From a candidate division WWE3 bacterium (GTDB lineage Bacteria > Patescibacteriota > 4484-211 > GCA-002791395), in NCBI GenBank assembly GCA_013335095.1, contig JAAXWF010000001.1, positions 292,268-356,267 on the forward strand: DNA of 64,000 bases, written 5' to 3'. Below are positions 29,352-40,148 of the stretch, piece after piece. The notes under the pieces are model-generated. The model was not told the DNA's origin. It worked only from the letters and a program-made list of their open reading frames with translations, and made no database searches. The translations under genes and the position numbers were made by a program. How positions within the stretch are numbered: position 1 is the first letter of the stretch; the number at the start of each line of letters is the position of its first letter.

Positions 29352-29571
29352 TGGCTTCTCCCTCTAGTAACGGGGCCACCATTAGGCCCCTATCCGTAAG
29401 ACACCCACCATCCCGCGTTGGGAGGGTGCAGACAAGCGGTTACTTATTATAATCACCTGGCTGCACCTTTCCATCGAGAGTAAGTAGGTGTGCTATACAT
29501 ATGTAAAAGTACGATATATCCGCACCATAATGCGTACTTTAATAATACTATAGGTGGATTTGTGGGCAAAT

Positions 29572-31017
29572 TTATAAAATTTTGAGCTTTTGGTCAGATA
29601 GATTCATGATCTTCTCTACGGCAACATTTTTCACAAAATAGCGATCGTGTGACACCAATAATAGAGCTCCCTTATACTCTTGTAGCGCCTCTTCGATTGC
29701 CTGCTTAGTCCAGATATCAAGGTGGTTTGTTGGTTCATCAAGAATCAGAAAATCAAACTCTTTTGTCGTGAAGATCGCGATGGTCAGACGAGCCCGCTCT
29801 CCTGGACTTAATTGTCCTAATGTTCTCTTCATATGATCGTCGGTAAAGTTTAACTTCTGGAGAAAATTTAATGCCTGATAAGGTTGCAGGCTTAATTCTT
29901 TATGAATATACGCATCAACCCGAACATCGGTTGGTAAATGTTTTTGATTCTGTTGGAAATATCCCCAGCGCACATTCAATCCGATCTCGGCTTTTCCGTT
30001 GGTCGGGTGGAGATGTTTCGTGATTATATTTAACAGTGTACTTTTTCCGGCTCCGTTACGTCCAAATAGCCAGACCCGTTCCGTTCCTCTAATCTCAAAG
30101 CTAACCTCTTTAAGCACATCGTGATTTCCATATTGATGAGAAAGATGATCAACACGCAAGATTAATTTGTCTTTATGTGTTTGTCCGGTGAAATCAATTC
30201 CATCGATACCGTATCGTTCGTATTGGTTTATCTCATTGGTTGTAACCTCTCGTTCCATTCTTTTCTCGGCAGCGCGAAGTGCCTTGCCTCTCTTTTTACC
30301 GTCTTTAATCTTTTGTGCATTCTCCATTAATTGTTCGAGTTGCGAGCGTTTTCGTTCTTGGGCTTTATACATTCGGTCTCGATGTTCAATCCACGTTTCC
30401 TTTTGATTGACGTAATCAGAGTAGTTACCGACAAACATATGCAGCTTATATTCATCAATCTCATAAATATGAGTGGCGGTATGATTCATAAACGCCCGGT
30501 CATGTGAAATCATTAATACCGAACCATCAAATTCGTTAATAAACTTTTCGAACCATAATAACCCGTCAATATCGAGATGATTGGTCGGTTCGTCTAAAAG
30601 CAAGATTGTTGGTTGATTAAGAAGTATTTGGGCAAGTTTTAGTTTCATTTTTTGACCTTCACTAGAGCTGTTGATCGGATGATTTCGAGACAGCTGTTGT
30701 AATCCAAGTCGAGATAATATCTTTTCGAGTAGGTGCTGTTTGGTCTTATCGGCAATAAGTGAGTCAAAATAATCACCAACGGTCTTGTATTCGTCAAAAG
30801 AAAATTCTTGCGGAAGATAACCGATGACTTCTTTTTCGAGCATTATTTGCCCGTCATCAATCTCTTCTATCCCGATAATCATTTTCATTAACGTGCTTTT
30901 TCCGCAGCCATTTGGCCCAATCAAGGCTACGCGTTGTTTGTTGCCAATGGTAAACGAGACTTCCTTGAACAGTACGTCGCCCCGAATATATTTTGTTAGA
31001 TTTTTAATTTTTAGCAT
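29572..31017 (-). CDS. ABC-F family ATPase
   Basis: Two ABC domains (GPNGCGKST, GRNGAGKST, two LDEPTNHLD), no TM helix. Confidence 0.93.
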   Translation of the reverse strand: MLKIKNLTKYIRGDVLFKEVSFTIGNKQRVALIGPNGCGKSTLMKMIIGIEEIDDGQIMLEKEVIGYLPQEFSFDEYKTVGDYFDSLIADKTKQHLLEKILSRLGLQQLSRNHPINSSSEGQKMKLKLAQILLNQPTILLLDEPTNHLDIDGLLWFEKFINEFDGSVLMISHDRAFMNHTATHIYEIDEYKLHMFVGNYSDYVNQKETWIEHRDRMYKAQERKRSQLEQLMENAQKIKDGKKRGKALRAAEKRMEREVTTNEINQYERYGIDGIDFTGQTHKDKLILRVDHLSHQYGNHDVLKEVSFEIRGTERVWLFGRNGAGKSTLLNIITKHLHPTNGKAEIGLNVRWGYFQQNQKHLPTDVRVDAYIHKELSLQPYQALNFLQKLNFTDDHMKRTLGQLSPGERARLTIAIFTTKEFDFLILDEPTNHLDIWTKQAIEEALQEYKGALLLVSHDRYFVKNVAVEKIMNLSDQKLKIL

Positions 31018-31123
31018 GCACTACTAAGAATACACGGTGATTGCCACTTTTCACTATTAGGTATGGACGTAACGACATAATTATTAGTTGCGAAGGTAAA
31101 TAGTGTTAGAATGACTTTTTACT

Positions 31124-32932
31124 ATGCCTCGTATTCATCAATTACCAGAGCAACTTGTGAATCAAATCGCCGCCGGCGAGGTGGTTGATCGTCCTTCTTC
31201 TGTGGTTAAAGAACTGGTTGAGAATTCGCTTGATGCTGGTGCTTCTCGAATCGAAATCTATATAGAAAAAGGTGGAAAAAAGTTGATTCGCATTGTTGAT
31301 AACGGAAACGGAATGGAGCGGGAAGATCTAGAAGGTTCTGTAAAACGACATTGGACCTCTAAAATAAATAATCTTGAAGATTTGCATAATATCCAATCGT
31401 TTGGATTTAGGGGTGAAGCATTGGCGAGTATTGCTTCGGTTAGTAAATTTGAAATTCGATCTCGCCAATCAAATTCCGATGAAGGATGGAGTTTAACAAT
31501 GGGTGAGAATGGTGCTCCTATCATTAAGCCAATCGGTATGCCAAGTGGAACCGAGATCATTGTTGCAGAGCTCTTTTATAACGTACCTGCTCGGCTGAAT
31601 TTCTTAAAACAAGATGCAACCGAGGGGTCTCATATCCAAGAATTAGTGTATCAATTGGCATTGATTAACCCGAATGTCATGTTTGTACTGCATAAAGATG
31701 GACGCGCGGTGTTTCGATCACCGGGCGGAAATGAGATTAGACCCTTACTCAATGCGGTTCTCGGCGAATCGTTAGCGGGTCAGATGGTTGCTATTCATAA
31801 CGAGAATCCTCATGTTGAAGTGAGTGGGTGGGTCGGCAAACCTGGAACAGGAAGTGCAAGTCGTGCCCGGCAGTATGCATTCGTTAACGGGCGCATTGTT
31901 GATAATCGGATTATTTGGAGTGCGGTTGCCGAAGGATATGGTTCGGTCTTAGGACGTCATGAAAAACCTCAGTTTGTTATTCGGATTGATATGGCACCTC
32001 ACCTCGTTGATGTGAATGTTCATCCTCAAAAGAAAGAGATAAAGTTTAGTAGCCCTCAGTTGGTTTTTCAACTTATTCGCCAGGCGATTATTAATGCGTT
32101 TTCTCAGTTACGAGAGCAATTACCTGAACCAACGATCACTCCTCAATCAACGTCAGAAGATGCTCAGGCACCCACACCCGTTCCGAAAACCTTTTTCCCA
32201 CCAGTGCCATATCCATCGTATTCAGCAAACTCAAAAGTACGAGAGGTTGCTGATCCAACCCAACCAACCTCTAAACCGATATTTTCTCCGTCAATGATTA
32301 GTGCGTCACAGTCTGTTCCCGAACAATCGTTTGAATTAACGAAGCCACTGCGTGTGTTCCAGTTATTGGATCTTTTTATTTTTGAAGAAAAAGAAGACGG
32401 TATTGTTGTATATGATCAGCATGCAGTTCATGAACGCGTGTTGTATGAAAAGTTTACTAATCAATATTTATCCGAAAAACAAAATCGACTAATTCAACCG
32501 CTGCTCGTACCCACGCTGATTGAAGTGTCGCCACTGGAACTCTCATTGTGGGAGCAAAGTCGTGACCTGTTGTTTGAGTTAGGTTTTGAAACAGAGCTGA
32601 TGGGTGAGGGGACTATTCGGATCAATTCGGTTCCATCGGTTCTTGCCGGAAATATGATCGGTGTTCTTTTAAAAGAATTCCTTCAGGATCTTTCGGATTC
32701 GGATGATGTTGGTGAATCAACCGTAAAGGGAATTGATATGCAGACACATCGACGCTTGGCATATCTGTCGTGTCGAAGCGCGATAAAAGCTGGTGATCGA
32801 TTAAAGCCCGAAGAGATTCAACGTCTTATTCGTGATTTTCATGGAACGACAATTAATTTTACGTGCCCACATGGACGTCCTGTTCGTATAGAGTTTTCCC
32901 GACGCGAGATGGAGAAGTGGTTTAAGCGATGA
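31124..32932 (+). CDS. mutL: DNA mismatch repair endonuclease MutL
   Basis: QIAAGEVVDRP, GFRGEALASI, DQHAVHER, CPHGRP. Confidence 0.97.
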   Translation: MPRIHQLPEQLVNQIAAGEVVDRPSSVVKELVENSLDAGASRIEIYIEKGGKKLIRIVDNGNGMEREDLEGSVKRHWTSKINNLEDLHNIQSFGFRGEALASIASVSKFEIRSRQSNSDEGWSLTMGENGAPIIKPIGMPSGTEIIVAELFYNVPARLNFLKQDATEGSHIQELVYQLALINPNVMFVLHKDGRAVFRSPGGNEIRPLLNAVLGESLAGQMVAIHNENPHVEVSGWVGKPGTGSASRARQYAFVNGRIVDNRIIWSAVAEGYGSVLGRHEKPQFVIRIDMAPHLVDVNVHPQKKEIKFSSPQLVFQLIRQAIINAFSQLREQLPEPTITPQSTSEDAQAPTPVPKTFFPPVPYPSYSANSKVREVADPTQPTSKPIFSPSMISASQSVPEQSFELTKPLRVFQLLDLFIFEEKEDGIVVYDQHAVHERVLYEKFTNQYLSEKQNRLIQPLLVPTLIEVSPLELSLWEQSRDLLFELGFETELMGEGTIRINSVPSVLAGNMIGVLLKEFLQDLSDSDDVGESTVKGIDMQTHRRLAYLSCRSAIKAGDRLKPEEIQRLIRDFHGTTINFTCPHGRPVRIEFSRREMEKWFKR

Positions 32933-33176
32933 CTTATAGTGATTGATGTCTTTGGTGTTTTTTGTTAACATAGTGTATCTATATTGAGTAATTTCCGTCA
33001 CGTGATTCCGAATTAGTTTGACGTTGAGTTGTTAACGATGAGGCTTAACAATTGAGCGTCCCGCTAATCTGGTATTGGGCCAGACAGGGAATCCTGTGAA
33101 TTTTACAGGATCGGAGCCAGGTATCGTGCTTGGTTTTTAATGAACCCTTTTGGGTTACAACGTTAGGAGGAGTCTA

Positions 33177-33653
33177 ATGGACGCCATGCATGAGGTTGGG
33201 GCGTGGAAGTTAGAGGTATTCCACGTAGCGACGGTAGATGGTCAATGTGTAAAGGTTCCTGGTCCGGATTGGGCGGGGCGCATCTGCTTCCCAGATCCGG
33301 TTGGGCAGATTCGCAATGCTGCATTCGGGATGGATGTTCCTGAATGGGCTGGAAGTAGTGTGCCGCTGATCTTCGTTACGGAGGTTATTTGGCGGGCAGC
33401 TCATGTTTTCACCATCGAAGAGATGTTTGCGATTCTTCGGGAGGGGGAATACAAAGAGTTGATTGAGTATCTTTGCCGGGCTTATCGGCCCGAGGGAAGC
33501 GCCTTTACGTTGGAGGACATTCAAAGGCATGGGTTATGGGCCTATGTCGCGGGTGGGCAATACGGGTATAGTCCCGAATTTGCTCGCGTCGGGTGTATAT
33601 TAGGCAAGTTCGTAACATGTTGGGACCTCTTTCGGTTCCGCTATACACAGTAG
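33177..33653 (+). CDS. Orphan protein with structured 5' and 3' flanks
   Basis: AGGAGGAG before ATG at 33177; leader hairpins 33055-33160. Confidence 0.65.
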   Translation: MDAMHEVGAWKLEVFHVATVDGQCVKVPGPDWAGRICFPDPVGQIRNAAFGMDVPEWAGSSVPLIFVTEVIWRAAHVFTIEEMFAILREGEYKELIEYLCRAYRPEGSAFTLEDIQRHGLWAYVAGGQYGYSPEFARVGCILGKFVTCWDLFRFRYTQ

Positions 33654-33910
33654 GCTTCACTCAGCCGTAAATGAGTGAGTACTCTGCACATGCCAGCCTT
33701 TTAGAGCGCCGCTGGGCGTAAATGGCTTTCCGGCTAGTAACCGGAACCGTGAAATAGGCCTAAGAAGCCTTCACGGGCGTAAATCCGCAGCTGCGAATGC
33801 AGGTGCGGAGTACTTTTTGTACGAATCGATTATTTACAGAAGGAGGGTGCGGTGAACGCATCTAACCAAACATGAAGCGGGATGACTTTGTATGTCGCCC
33901 GCTTTTTTTT
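33654..33910 (+). ncRNA. Multi-branch structured RNA candidate with three CGUAAAU motifs, ending in a terminator
   Basis: Helix 33678-33689/33803-33814 encloses hairpins; CGTAAAT at 33666, 33717, 33778; terminator 33875-33910. Confidence 0.55.
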
Positions 33911-33940
33911 ATTATTTACCGATCTGTATAATATAAAAAG

Positions 33941-34999
33941 ATGGACAGTGCTTCTTCGATTTATAAAATAATTCAGCAGTATGATAACTTTGTATTACCT
34001 TTGCATGTAAGCCCAGATGGAGACTCTGTTGCTTCAACTTTGGCAATGCGTGAAGCTTTACTATCTTTGGGAAAACGGGTCCGAGTTACGTGCGACGACA
34101 AATTGGGTATCGAGGCTGATATCGATTTTATCTTGTCGCCAGATTCAATAATTCAAAAAGAAACTCCATTACCTCTAGATATCCCGTCTGTGTATATATT
34201 TATGGACGGGAGCGAATTATACCGGTTTACTCAAACATCTATTGATTTAAATCACCCCCATATCCAGCGAGTCATAAATATAGATCACCATCCAAAAGGA
34301 GATATTGCTGATTTTATCGATAAAAGCGGAAAGGGCGCATGGGTAAATCAGGATGGGTTAACCGCAAATACGCAGGTATTGCTAAATCTGTTTAAATCCT
34401 GGGACATTACGATTACTGATCGTATCGCTAAATTATTAATGTATGGAATTTATTCTGATACCGAAGGATTACAAAATTCTGACCTTCAAACTCAAACTTT
34501 TACCGATTTAGCAACATTAACTGAGCTTGGAGCGGATTGGCATGAGTTTGTGGTTAACGTTACGTGGAACGTTAGCCTAGATACGATGATGTTATTAAAG
34601 GAATATCTATCAAGACTTAATCTGGACGAAGAGTACGGGTTTGCGTGGGTCGTATTACCGTATTGGATTCTCGCGCAATATGATGAATCCAATATTGATT
34701 TTGACTACATTAAACATCGATGTTTACGAGTCATAAAAGGAATCCGTTTTGCCGCTGATATCAAAGAAAAAGAAGATGGGCGAATCACTGTTTCTTTGCG
34801 TGCCCGAACACCCGATATCGATCTCGGAGAATTGGCTAAAAAAATAAGCGCAAAAGGTGGGGGGCATCCAGGAGCTGCTGGTGCAATTATTGAAGGTATG
34901 ACATTGGTCGAAGCCGAAGATCATATTGTGGATGCTTCACGCGAATATTTATCTCGAAAAGGCTTTGTAAAAAATCCACAACCCAAATATTTGGTATAA
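33941..34999 (+). CDS. DHH/DHHA1 phosphoesterase (NrnA-like)
   Basis: HVSPDGD, NIDHH, GIYSDT, SLRA, GGGHPGAAG. Confidence 0.92.
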   Translation: MDSASSIYKIIQQYDNFVLPLHVSPDGDSVASTLAMREALLSLGKRVRVTCDDKLGIEADIDFILSPDSIIQKETPLPLDIPSVYIFMDGSELYRFTQTSIDLNHPHIQRVINIDHHPKGDIADFIDKSGKGAWVNQDGLTANTQVLLNLFKSWDITITDRIAKLLMYGIYSDTEGLQNSDLQTQTFTDLATLTELGADWHEFVVNVTWNVSLDTMMLLKEYLSRLNLDEEYGFAWVVLPYWILAQYDESNIDFDYIKHRCLRVIKGIRFAADIKEKEDGRITVSLRARTPDIDLGELAKKISAKGGGHPGAAGAIIEGMTLVEAEDHIVDASREYLSRKGFVKNPQPKYLV

Positions 35000-35054
35000 T
35001 AACGCCGTATCCCCGATTTATAGGATAGTTGTGGGCCTGATAAGGAGGCATCCC

Positions 35055-35465
35055 ATGTCGGATCCAATGCAGAAGCTGGAGCCTTTGGCTCGAGTTAACT
35101 GGTCGGAAGTCCCTGTCGAAGTGGTCGCTGCCTGTGTCAACATGGCGATAACCCGTATCCGGGGGCTCCACCCGGGTTTTAACGAGGGATTCAACGCGAT
35201 CTCTATTCCAGAAGATCCAAAAGATCTTGCGGGGTGGGAAACTGCTGTAGAGCAGCTGACCACCTGGGCAGAATCGCTTAGTCCAGGTCTGGACTTTGCT
35301 GACGCAGTGGGGCTTGTTCTACTAGCCTGCATGGACGTCGCTGCTCAGCGTGGCGGTGTAGCGATGTTTATAAATCTGACCATCGCAGTCGGATCCTGCA
35401 ATGAGGAACAGGCTGGGGTGTTCGCTTCGGCGTGCGTCTCCAAGCTTTTTCTGTACTTGCGGTAG
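35055..35465 (+). CDS. Orphan helical protein (SD-led)
   Basis: TAAGGAGG before ATG at 35055; terminator 35502-35528. Confidence 0.6.
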   Translation: MSDPMQKLEPLARVNWSEVPVEVVAACVNMAITRIRGLHPGFNEGFNAISIPEDPKDLAGWETAVEQLTTWAESLSPGLDFADAVGLVLLACMDVAAQRGGVAMFINLTIAVGSCNEEQAGVFASACVSKLFLYLR

Positions 35466-35563
35466 CCATTTCGAGTAAGTCGTTCATAATTTAAATTAGC
35501 GGGAGGGTTTATTAAAACCCTCCTTTTTATAAATCATTCTAATGTGACGATGGCACTTTTTCG

Positions 35564-36085
35564 TCACGTGTGTTTGTCGGCGACGCTCGCCGCGCCAAAT
35601 GCTTCTGGTTTAGTCTTAACAATAAACCCACTTCCACGAACCATTCCTACGACTTCATTTATTACTTCACGAGTTTTGCCGGTATGACTTACATCAACGT
35701 GAATCTCTAAATTAAATTTGATAATACCTTCAATTTTGAATTGTTCCATAAAATCATTTGCCAAATCCATTGAGAGTACCGCTTCATGATACATGCGGTC
35801 TCTTAAAACATATTTGCGATGTTCTTCCCGATTTCTTTTCCAGAAGTAAATGCCGCCTTCGCCCCGGCGATGTACGATTATGGCAGAAACAAAATCAACT
35901 CGATCCGAATACACCTGGGAATCACTTCCCAACACCACATCATAAATTGCTGAAGGACGATTGTGCATGAATGTACCTATATGGAAAATAACCTCTTTAA
36001 AGGTGAGATCGCCGTATGTCGGAGAATGAAATAACCGTTGGTCGGCGATATTTTGTTCGACTAATAAGTCAATATCACGACGCAT
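35564..36085 (-). CDS. RNase H-like YkuK (DUF458) family protein
   Basis: LGSDSQ, LEIHVDV, KPEAFGAASVADKH. Confidence 0.85.
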   Translation of the reverse strand: MRRDIDLLVEQNIADQRLFHSPTYGDLTFKEVIFHIGTFMHNRPSAIYDVVLGSDSQVYSDRVDFVSAIIVHRRGEGGIYFWKRNREEHRKYVLRDRMYHEAVLSMDLANDFMEQFKIEGIIKFNLEIHVDVSHTGKTREVINEVVGMVRGSGFIVKTKPEAFGAASVADKHT

Positions 36086-36170
36086 GCTTTAATTATCTCA
36101 AATCTGTAAACTAATGAAAAAGGCCGGAGAGAAAAATCCCTCCGGCTGGCTAACTAGACTGACTTTGGGG

Positions 36171-36443
36171 TTACTGTTGAGCCACTTCAGAAGCGTGGAA
36201 CACCTTCGCCCTCTGGAGATGGTAAAAGATCCCCTGTGTCCGTTCTTCGACCATGACGGGCGTGGTTGCGACGATCGTCCATCCTTGGGATAGAAGGTCG
36301 TTGACTCCTCCGGGCTGGGATAGTTTACAATTATCGACGAACCAGGTCCAATCGCTTGCTGGGTTTTGGCTGTCGACGCGCCTTCTGATTACCGGACAAA
36401 AGATCGACGTATGCTCGAATCCATTTACGAGATGGGCTGCCAT
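36171..36443 (-). CDS. Small SD-led protein, DUF4177-like
   Basis: VNDLLSQGWTIV...YHLQR; TAAGGAGG; terminator 36122-36147. Confidence 0.55.
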   Translation of the reverse strand: MAAHLVNGFEHTSIFCPVIRRRVDSQNPASDWTWFVDNCKLSQPGGVNDLLSQGWTIVATTPVMVEERTQGIFYHLQRAKVFHASEVAQQ

Positions 36444-36520
36444 TGGCGCCTCCTTATTGAGCGTGTCCGCTCATTGACCTTATGGTATGTATAGTATTAT
36501 AGGGTATTTAAGCAATCGTT

Positions 36521-37168
36521 TTATTGGCTTAAGATATTTTTTATAAAACTCTGTCGGTGGAAGGGGGACGGACCATACAGTTTAATCATTGTACGATGAT
36601 ATTCAGACGCGTACCCAACGTTTTCATACCATCGATATATATTTAAAGGAAACTTGCTTCCGATCCGTTTCATATATTCATCGCGCCACACTTTGGCAAC
36701 AATACTTGCTGCGGCAATCGAAAAACATGCATCATCACCTTGCATAATTTCTTGGTGATGGAGGTGGGCAAGTCCCTTTTGCAATAACCCTCGGTCAGTC
36801 AGCAGGATTATGTCGTCTTGAATACTTTTGTGAATCGCATTGAGGGTTGCGATCTTTAATGAAGCGGTAATTCCGACTAAATCTACCACCTGAGCGGGGA
36901 CGGCTCCGATACCCCAAAATCGCGCATGTTTTTTGATCAATGGCATTACTTTTACCCTTCTATCATGGGAAAGCTTTTTTGAATCACGGACATCAGCCAG
37001 TTCATCAAATATTTCGCTGTTATCAATATTCGGATTAAACATAACCGCTCCTACTACAAGAGGTCCTGCTAACGCGCCTCGACCGACTTCATCTAAACCT
37101 ATTGGTAATATATTTTTACTCCAATATGGTTTCTCAAAATCACAGGTAAGAGGGGAGCTTTTTAACAT
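36521..37168 (-). CDS. rnhB: Ribonuclease HII
   Basis: GLDEVGRGALAGP, DSKKL, IAAASIVAKVWRD, HRQSF. Confidence 0.96.
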   Translation of the reverse strand: MLKSSPLTCDFEKPYWSKNILPIGLDEVGRGALAGPLVVGAVMFNPNIDNSEIFDELADVRDSKKLSHDRRVKVMPLIKKHARFWGIGAVPAQVVDLVGITASLKIATLNAIHKSIQDDIILLTDRGLLQKGLAHLHHQEIMQGDDACFSIAAASIVAKVWRDEYMKRIGSKFPLNIYRWYENVGYASEYHRTMIKLYGPSPFHRQSFIKNILSQ

Positions 37169-37297
37169 GGTCAATAGATAGTAGTCATTCTAATCTATTT
37201 TAATGATTTGTTGAGGTGGAAACGATTTGATACTATACGGGAGCTGTTAATAGGTTCTTCACCATCGGGTGAAGACTATTTGAGTGGAGGTGGCCGT

Positions 37298-38026
37298 ATG
37301 GATACGACAATGTCGTTGCTACCTGTCGGTTTCCCGTTCATTCCCGTATCGGATGGTTCTACCCTGGCCTTGAGTCAATCCGCTCGGCTACAAGCCCTAT
37401 TGGGGGCTGGCGTCGTGGTGCGGTTAGCTGATGATGTATATCAGCACGGCTCTGTTTATCGGATCGATCACCCAGAACTGATCGGATGTGAGGATGATTG
37501 GATCCTCATGGCATGTGTTGAGCAGATGTATATGCCGGGGCGCTTGGCTGCGGCAAACAATCTGTTCATCGTCTCAGCTGGTAGGTCAGGGTATTGTCCT
37601 ACCGATGAGGAGTCGCCTGCCCTTGCGGATGACGAACTGTTTTGTGAGCAGGCTTCGGATGGTACCTGCCGGCGGTTTAAGATCTTGGCCCAGCCCGAAC
37701 ACATGCCCGACTGGCTGGCGACGGCATATCGTCGTCAGCTGAGTGCGTTTACCGTAAGGGGATTTCGTATCTTTGCTCTCTCGTCCAATAATGAGTCTCG
37801 TTTCACGGTCGTGATGCGTTGCGGTACGAAATTCGAACGGGATATGTTCCTGCATGCAATCCGGTATTTTACCGGCATGCTGGATGTTCGGATTGTTAAT
37901 CAGGACTACCTAGAATCGGGTGCGGTGAATATGATCATCGTCTCCCTTTCGGGGTTTGATAATAATCTTCGAATCCTAATTAATAAGATTCGGGATGCGT
38001 TCTTTTACGATATCGTGATAATGTAA
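37298..38026 (+). CDS. Orphan paralog family A, copy 1
   Basis: SD GGAGGT; shares DHPE, GRxAAxxN, MPxWLATA and RDAFF with copy 2. Confidence 0.7.
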   Translation: MDTTMSLLPVGFPFIPVSDGSTLALSQSARLQALLGAGVVVRLADDVYQHGSVYRIDHPELIGCEDDWILMACVEQMYMPGRLAAANNLFIVSAGRSGYCPTDEESPALADDELFCEQASDGTCRRFKILAQPEHMPDWLATAYRRQLSAFTVRGFRIFALSSNNESRFTVVMRCGTKFERDMFLHAIRYFTGMLDVRIVNQDYLESGAVNMIIVSLSGFDNNLRILINKIRDAFFYDIVIM

Positions 38027-38389
38027 GGATCACGATTCGTTGGTATAAACCCGGCCGTCTACCCTAAAGTAGGCGGCCTTTTTTGTTATACTAGCTTCCT
38101 TCGGGTGCGACGGCGGAGAAACTGTGTGGGAATGGATACTCCTGATGGATCTTACAACGGTATTGCCAGCGGATATTCCATTTGTATTTGTTTGCTCGTG
38201 TATGCCGATCGATCGGGTATTGTGTTTGTGTCGGTATATTTCCGATGCGTACTTTTACAATGTTCGATGGGTGTAACGTACAAATTTTACCGTCTAATTA
38301 ATTTAGACGATACTATGTCCTATAGTTCTGGTATAATTGATTGTGCTAATTGGGCAAGTGGAGATTCGTTGATACGAAAGGGGTTTCGT

Positions 38390-39118
38390 ATGTCGGAGGC
38401 GACTCTGTTGCCAGAAGGGTGTCCGTTTCGGATGACGCTTGGGAATCACGGTTTTACCCGTGAGCAGCTTGAGCAGCTCGATGCCCTTGTTGCGACAAGT
38501 GTTGTTGCCGGCCCATTTGGGGCTATGTCTAGCACCTACCAGTACTACTACGTCGATCATCCTGAGCAGCTCGGGGTGGAACACGAGTGGCTTGTTAAGG
38601 CTTGTATCGATCAGTTCTTTGATCCTGGTCGGCAGGCCGCGACTGATAACTGGTTTGCAGTCGGCCGTGAAAGAGGCCAGTGCCTGCCCACTGCGGAGCA
38701 GTGGCCCGATCTCGAGCGTCCGGAGATTGTGGCCGAACAACGGGACGTCGGCCACAGCACCCTCTATCGGATAGCTGTTGCGCCGGATCTGATGCCGGAG
38801 TGGTTGGCCACGGCATTTCGTGTCCAGGTGAGTGATGGGGAACTCCGAGGGTTTCGGATCTTGGCTACCCAGTCAGATCCTCAGGGGCGTCCCCAGATCA
38901 TCATCTACACGACTTCACCCTATATGAGGAATCTTTTCCTCGCCGCTTGCCGATATTATTCGGCGCAAATGGGGATACCGGGGCCGTTTCTTGTAGGTCA
39001 GGATCAGAACTCTCGTGAATATTATGCGGCGATCCAGTCGCATGAGTCACTGGAGGTCGTCCGGCCGATGTGGGAGAGGGTGCGCGACGCCTTCTTCTTC
39101 GAACTTAAGATGGTGTAG
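38390..39118 (+). CDS. Orphan paralog family A, copy 2
   Basis: SD GAAAGGGG before MSEATLL; family motifs; terminator 39141-39170. Confidence 0.7.
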   Translation: MSEATLLPEGCPFRMTLGNHGFTREQLEQLDALVATSVVAGPFGAMSSTYQYYYVDHPEQLGVEHEWLVKACIDQFFDPGRQAATDNWFAVGRERGQCLPTAEQWPDLERPEIVAEQRDVGHSTLYRIAVAPDLMPEWLATAFRVQVSDGELRGFRILATQSDPQGRPQIIIYTTSPYMRNLFLAACRYYSAQMGIPGPFLVGQDQNSREYYAAIQSHESLEVVRPMWERVRDAFFFELKMV

Positions 39119-39252
39119 TTCGTCGCTGTCGACTAAACACGGCCGCCTGAAATATGGCGGCCCTTTTCTTTTTTTTTTGAAATAACCCATAGTTTTTGAT
39201 ATACTTACCGTACCGTAATTCGGCTTATGGATTATACGGAAGGGGATTTCGT

Positions 39253-40038
39253 ATGACGGAGGCAACTATGTTGCCGGCGCTGCCGGAAGGAATGGTTATT
39301 CGGTTTGCATTGCAGCCGAATGATCCCGAATACCCGGAGCTCTCTGCGGATATGGAAGCGGCGCTTGAAAATCTCTTCAACTGGGATGTCGTCAAGCTCT
39401 CATCCGTTGTGCGGTCAGGGAGTCGGCCGATGCTGTCATGCTATGTGGGCAGATCGGATCTTGGATTCCCGCAATGGTTGTACGAGGAGGCGGTTCGCCA
39501 GCTTGGCCTGATTGGCCGGCGAGTCCAGTTGACAAACTGGTTGTGGGTTGGGCACACCGAAGGGTGTGTCTGGCCCAGCAATGAGCAGTTCGCCGAGCTT
39601 CATCAGTTGCTGGATGGCGGCATCGTCCGAGAGGACCTGCCACTTGAGCATCGTTGGCGCTATCACGTCCGCGATGCAAGCCGACTGCCGGAGTGGTTTA
39701 TCAAAGCCCACCGGCAGCAGTGCTCTCAGGGGCGGGATTTCAGCATTCAGCTTCATCTACCCAGCATCGAGGTTGGGCAGGGTGCCATGCTGACATTTCG
39801 CGGTGGTTTGACCGAAGAGCTCCATGCGATTCTGCGGGTGGTCGAGTACCATTCGCGAAAGGTGGGGCTCAACGCAACTCGAACGCGGTTCGAGATTATG
39901 GAGCGTCCAGGGATGAGTAAGATCATCGTCTGGGAACTCGTGTGTTACGGGTCTGAAGACCTGGTCGCGTCCCTGCGGCAGCTGGCCGAGGCCATCTCGG
40001 TAGCGTTCTACTACGACGTGGTCGTGGTAGAGCCGTAA
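39253..40038 (+). CDS. Orphan paralog family A, copy 3 (diverged)
   Basis: SD GAAGGGG before MTEATML; LPEWFIKAHRQQ, AFYYDV; terminator identical to copy 2. Confidence 0.7.
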   Translation: MTEATMLPALPEGMVIRFALQPNDPEYPELSADMEAALENLFNWDVVKLSSVVRSGSRPMLSCYVGRSDLGFPQWLYEEAVRQLGLIGRRVQLTNWLWVGHTEGCVWPSNEQFAELHQLLDGGIVREDLPLEHRWRYHVRDASRLPEWFIKAHRQQCSQGRDFSIQLHLPSIEVGQGAMLTFRGGLTEELHAILRVVEYHSRKVGLNATRTRFEIMERPGMSKIIVWELVCYGSEDLVASLRQLAEAISVAFYYDVVVVEP

Positions 40039-40148
40039 GGATTCTTGTGCGTCTGTGAGTAAACCGGGGCCGCCTGAAATATGGCGGCCCTTTTCATATC
40101 TTGTTTCCTTGCTACAACTCCGCTAGGATAGTTATTAGAATAAAAATA

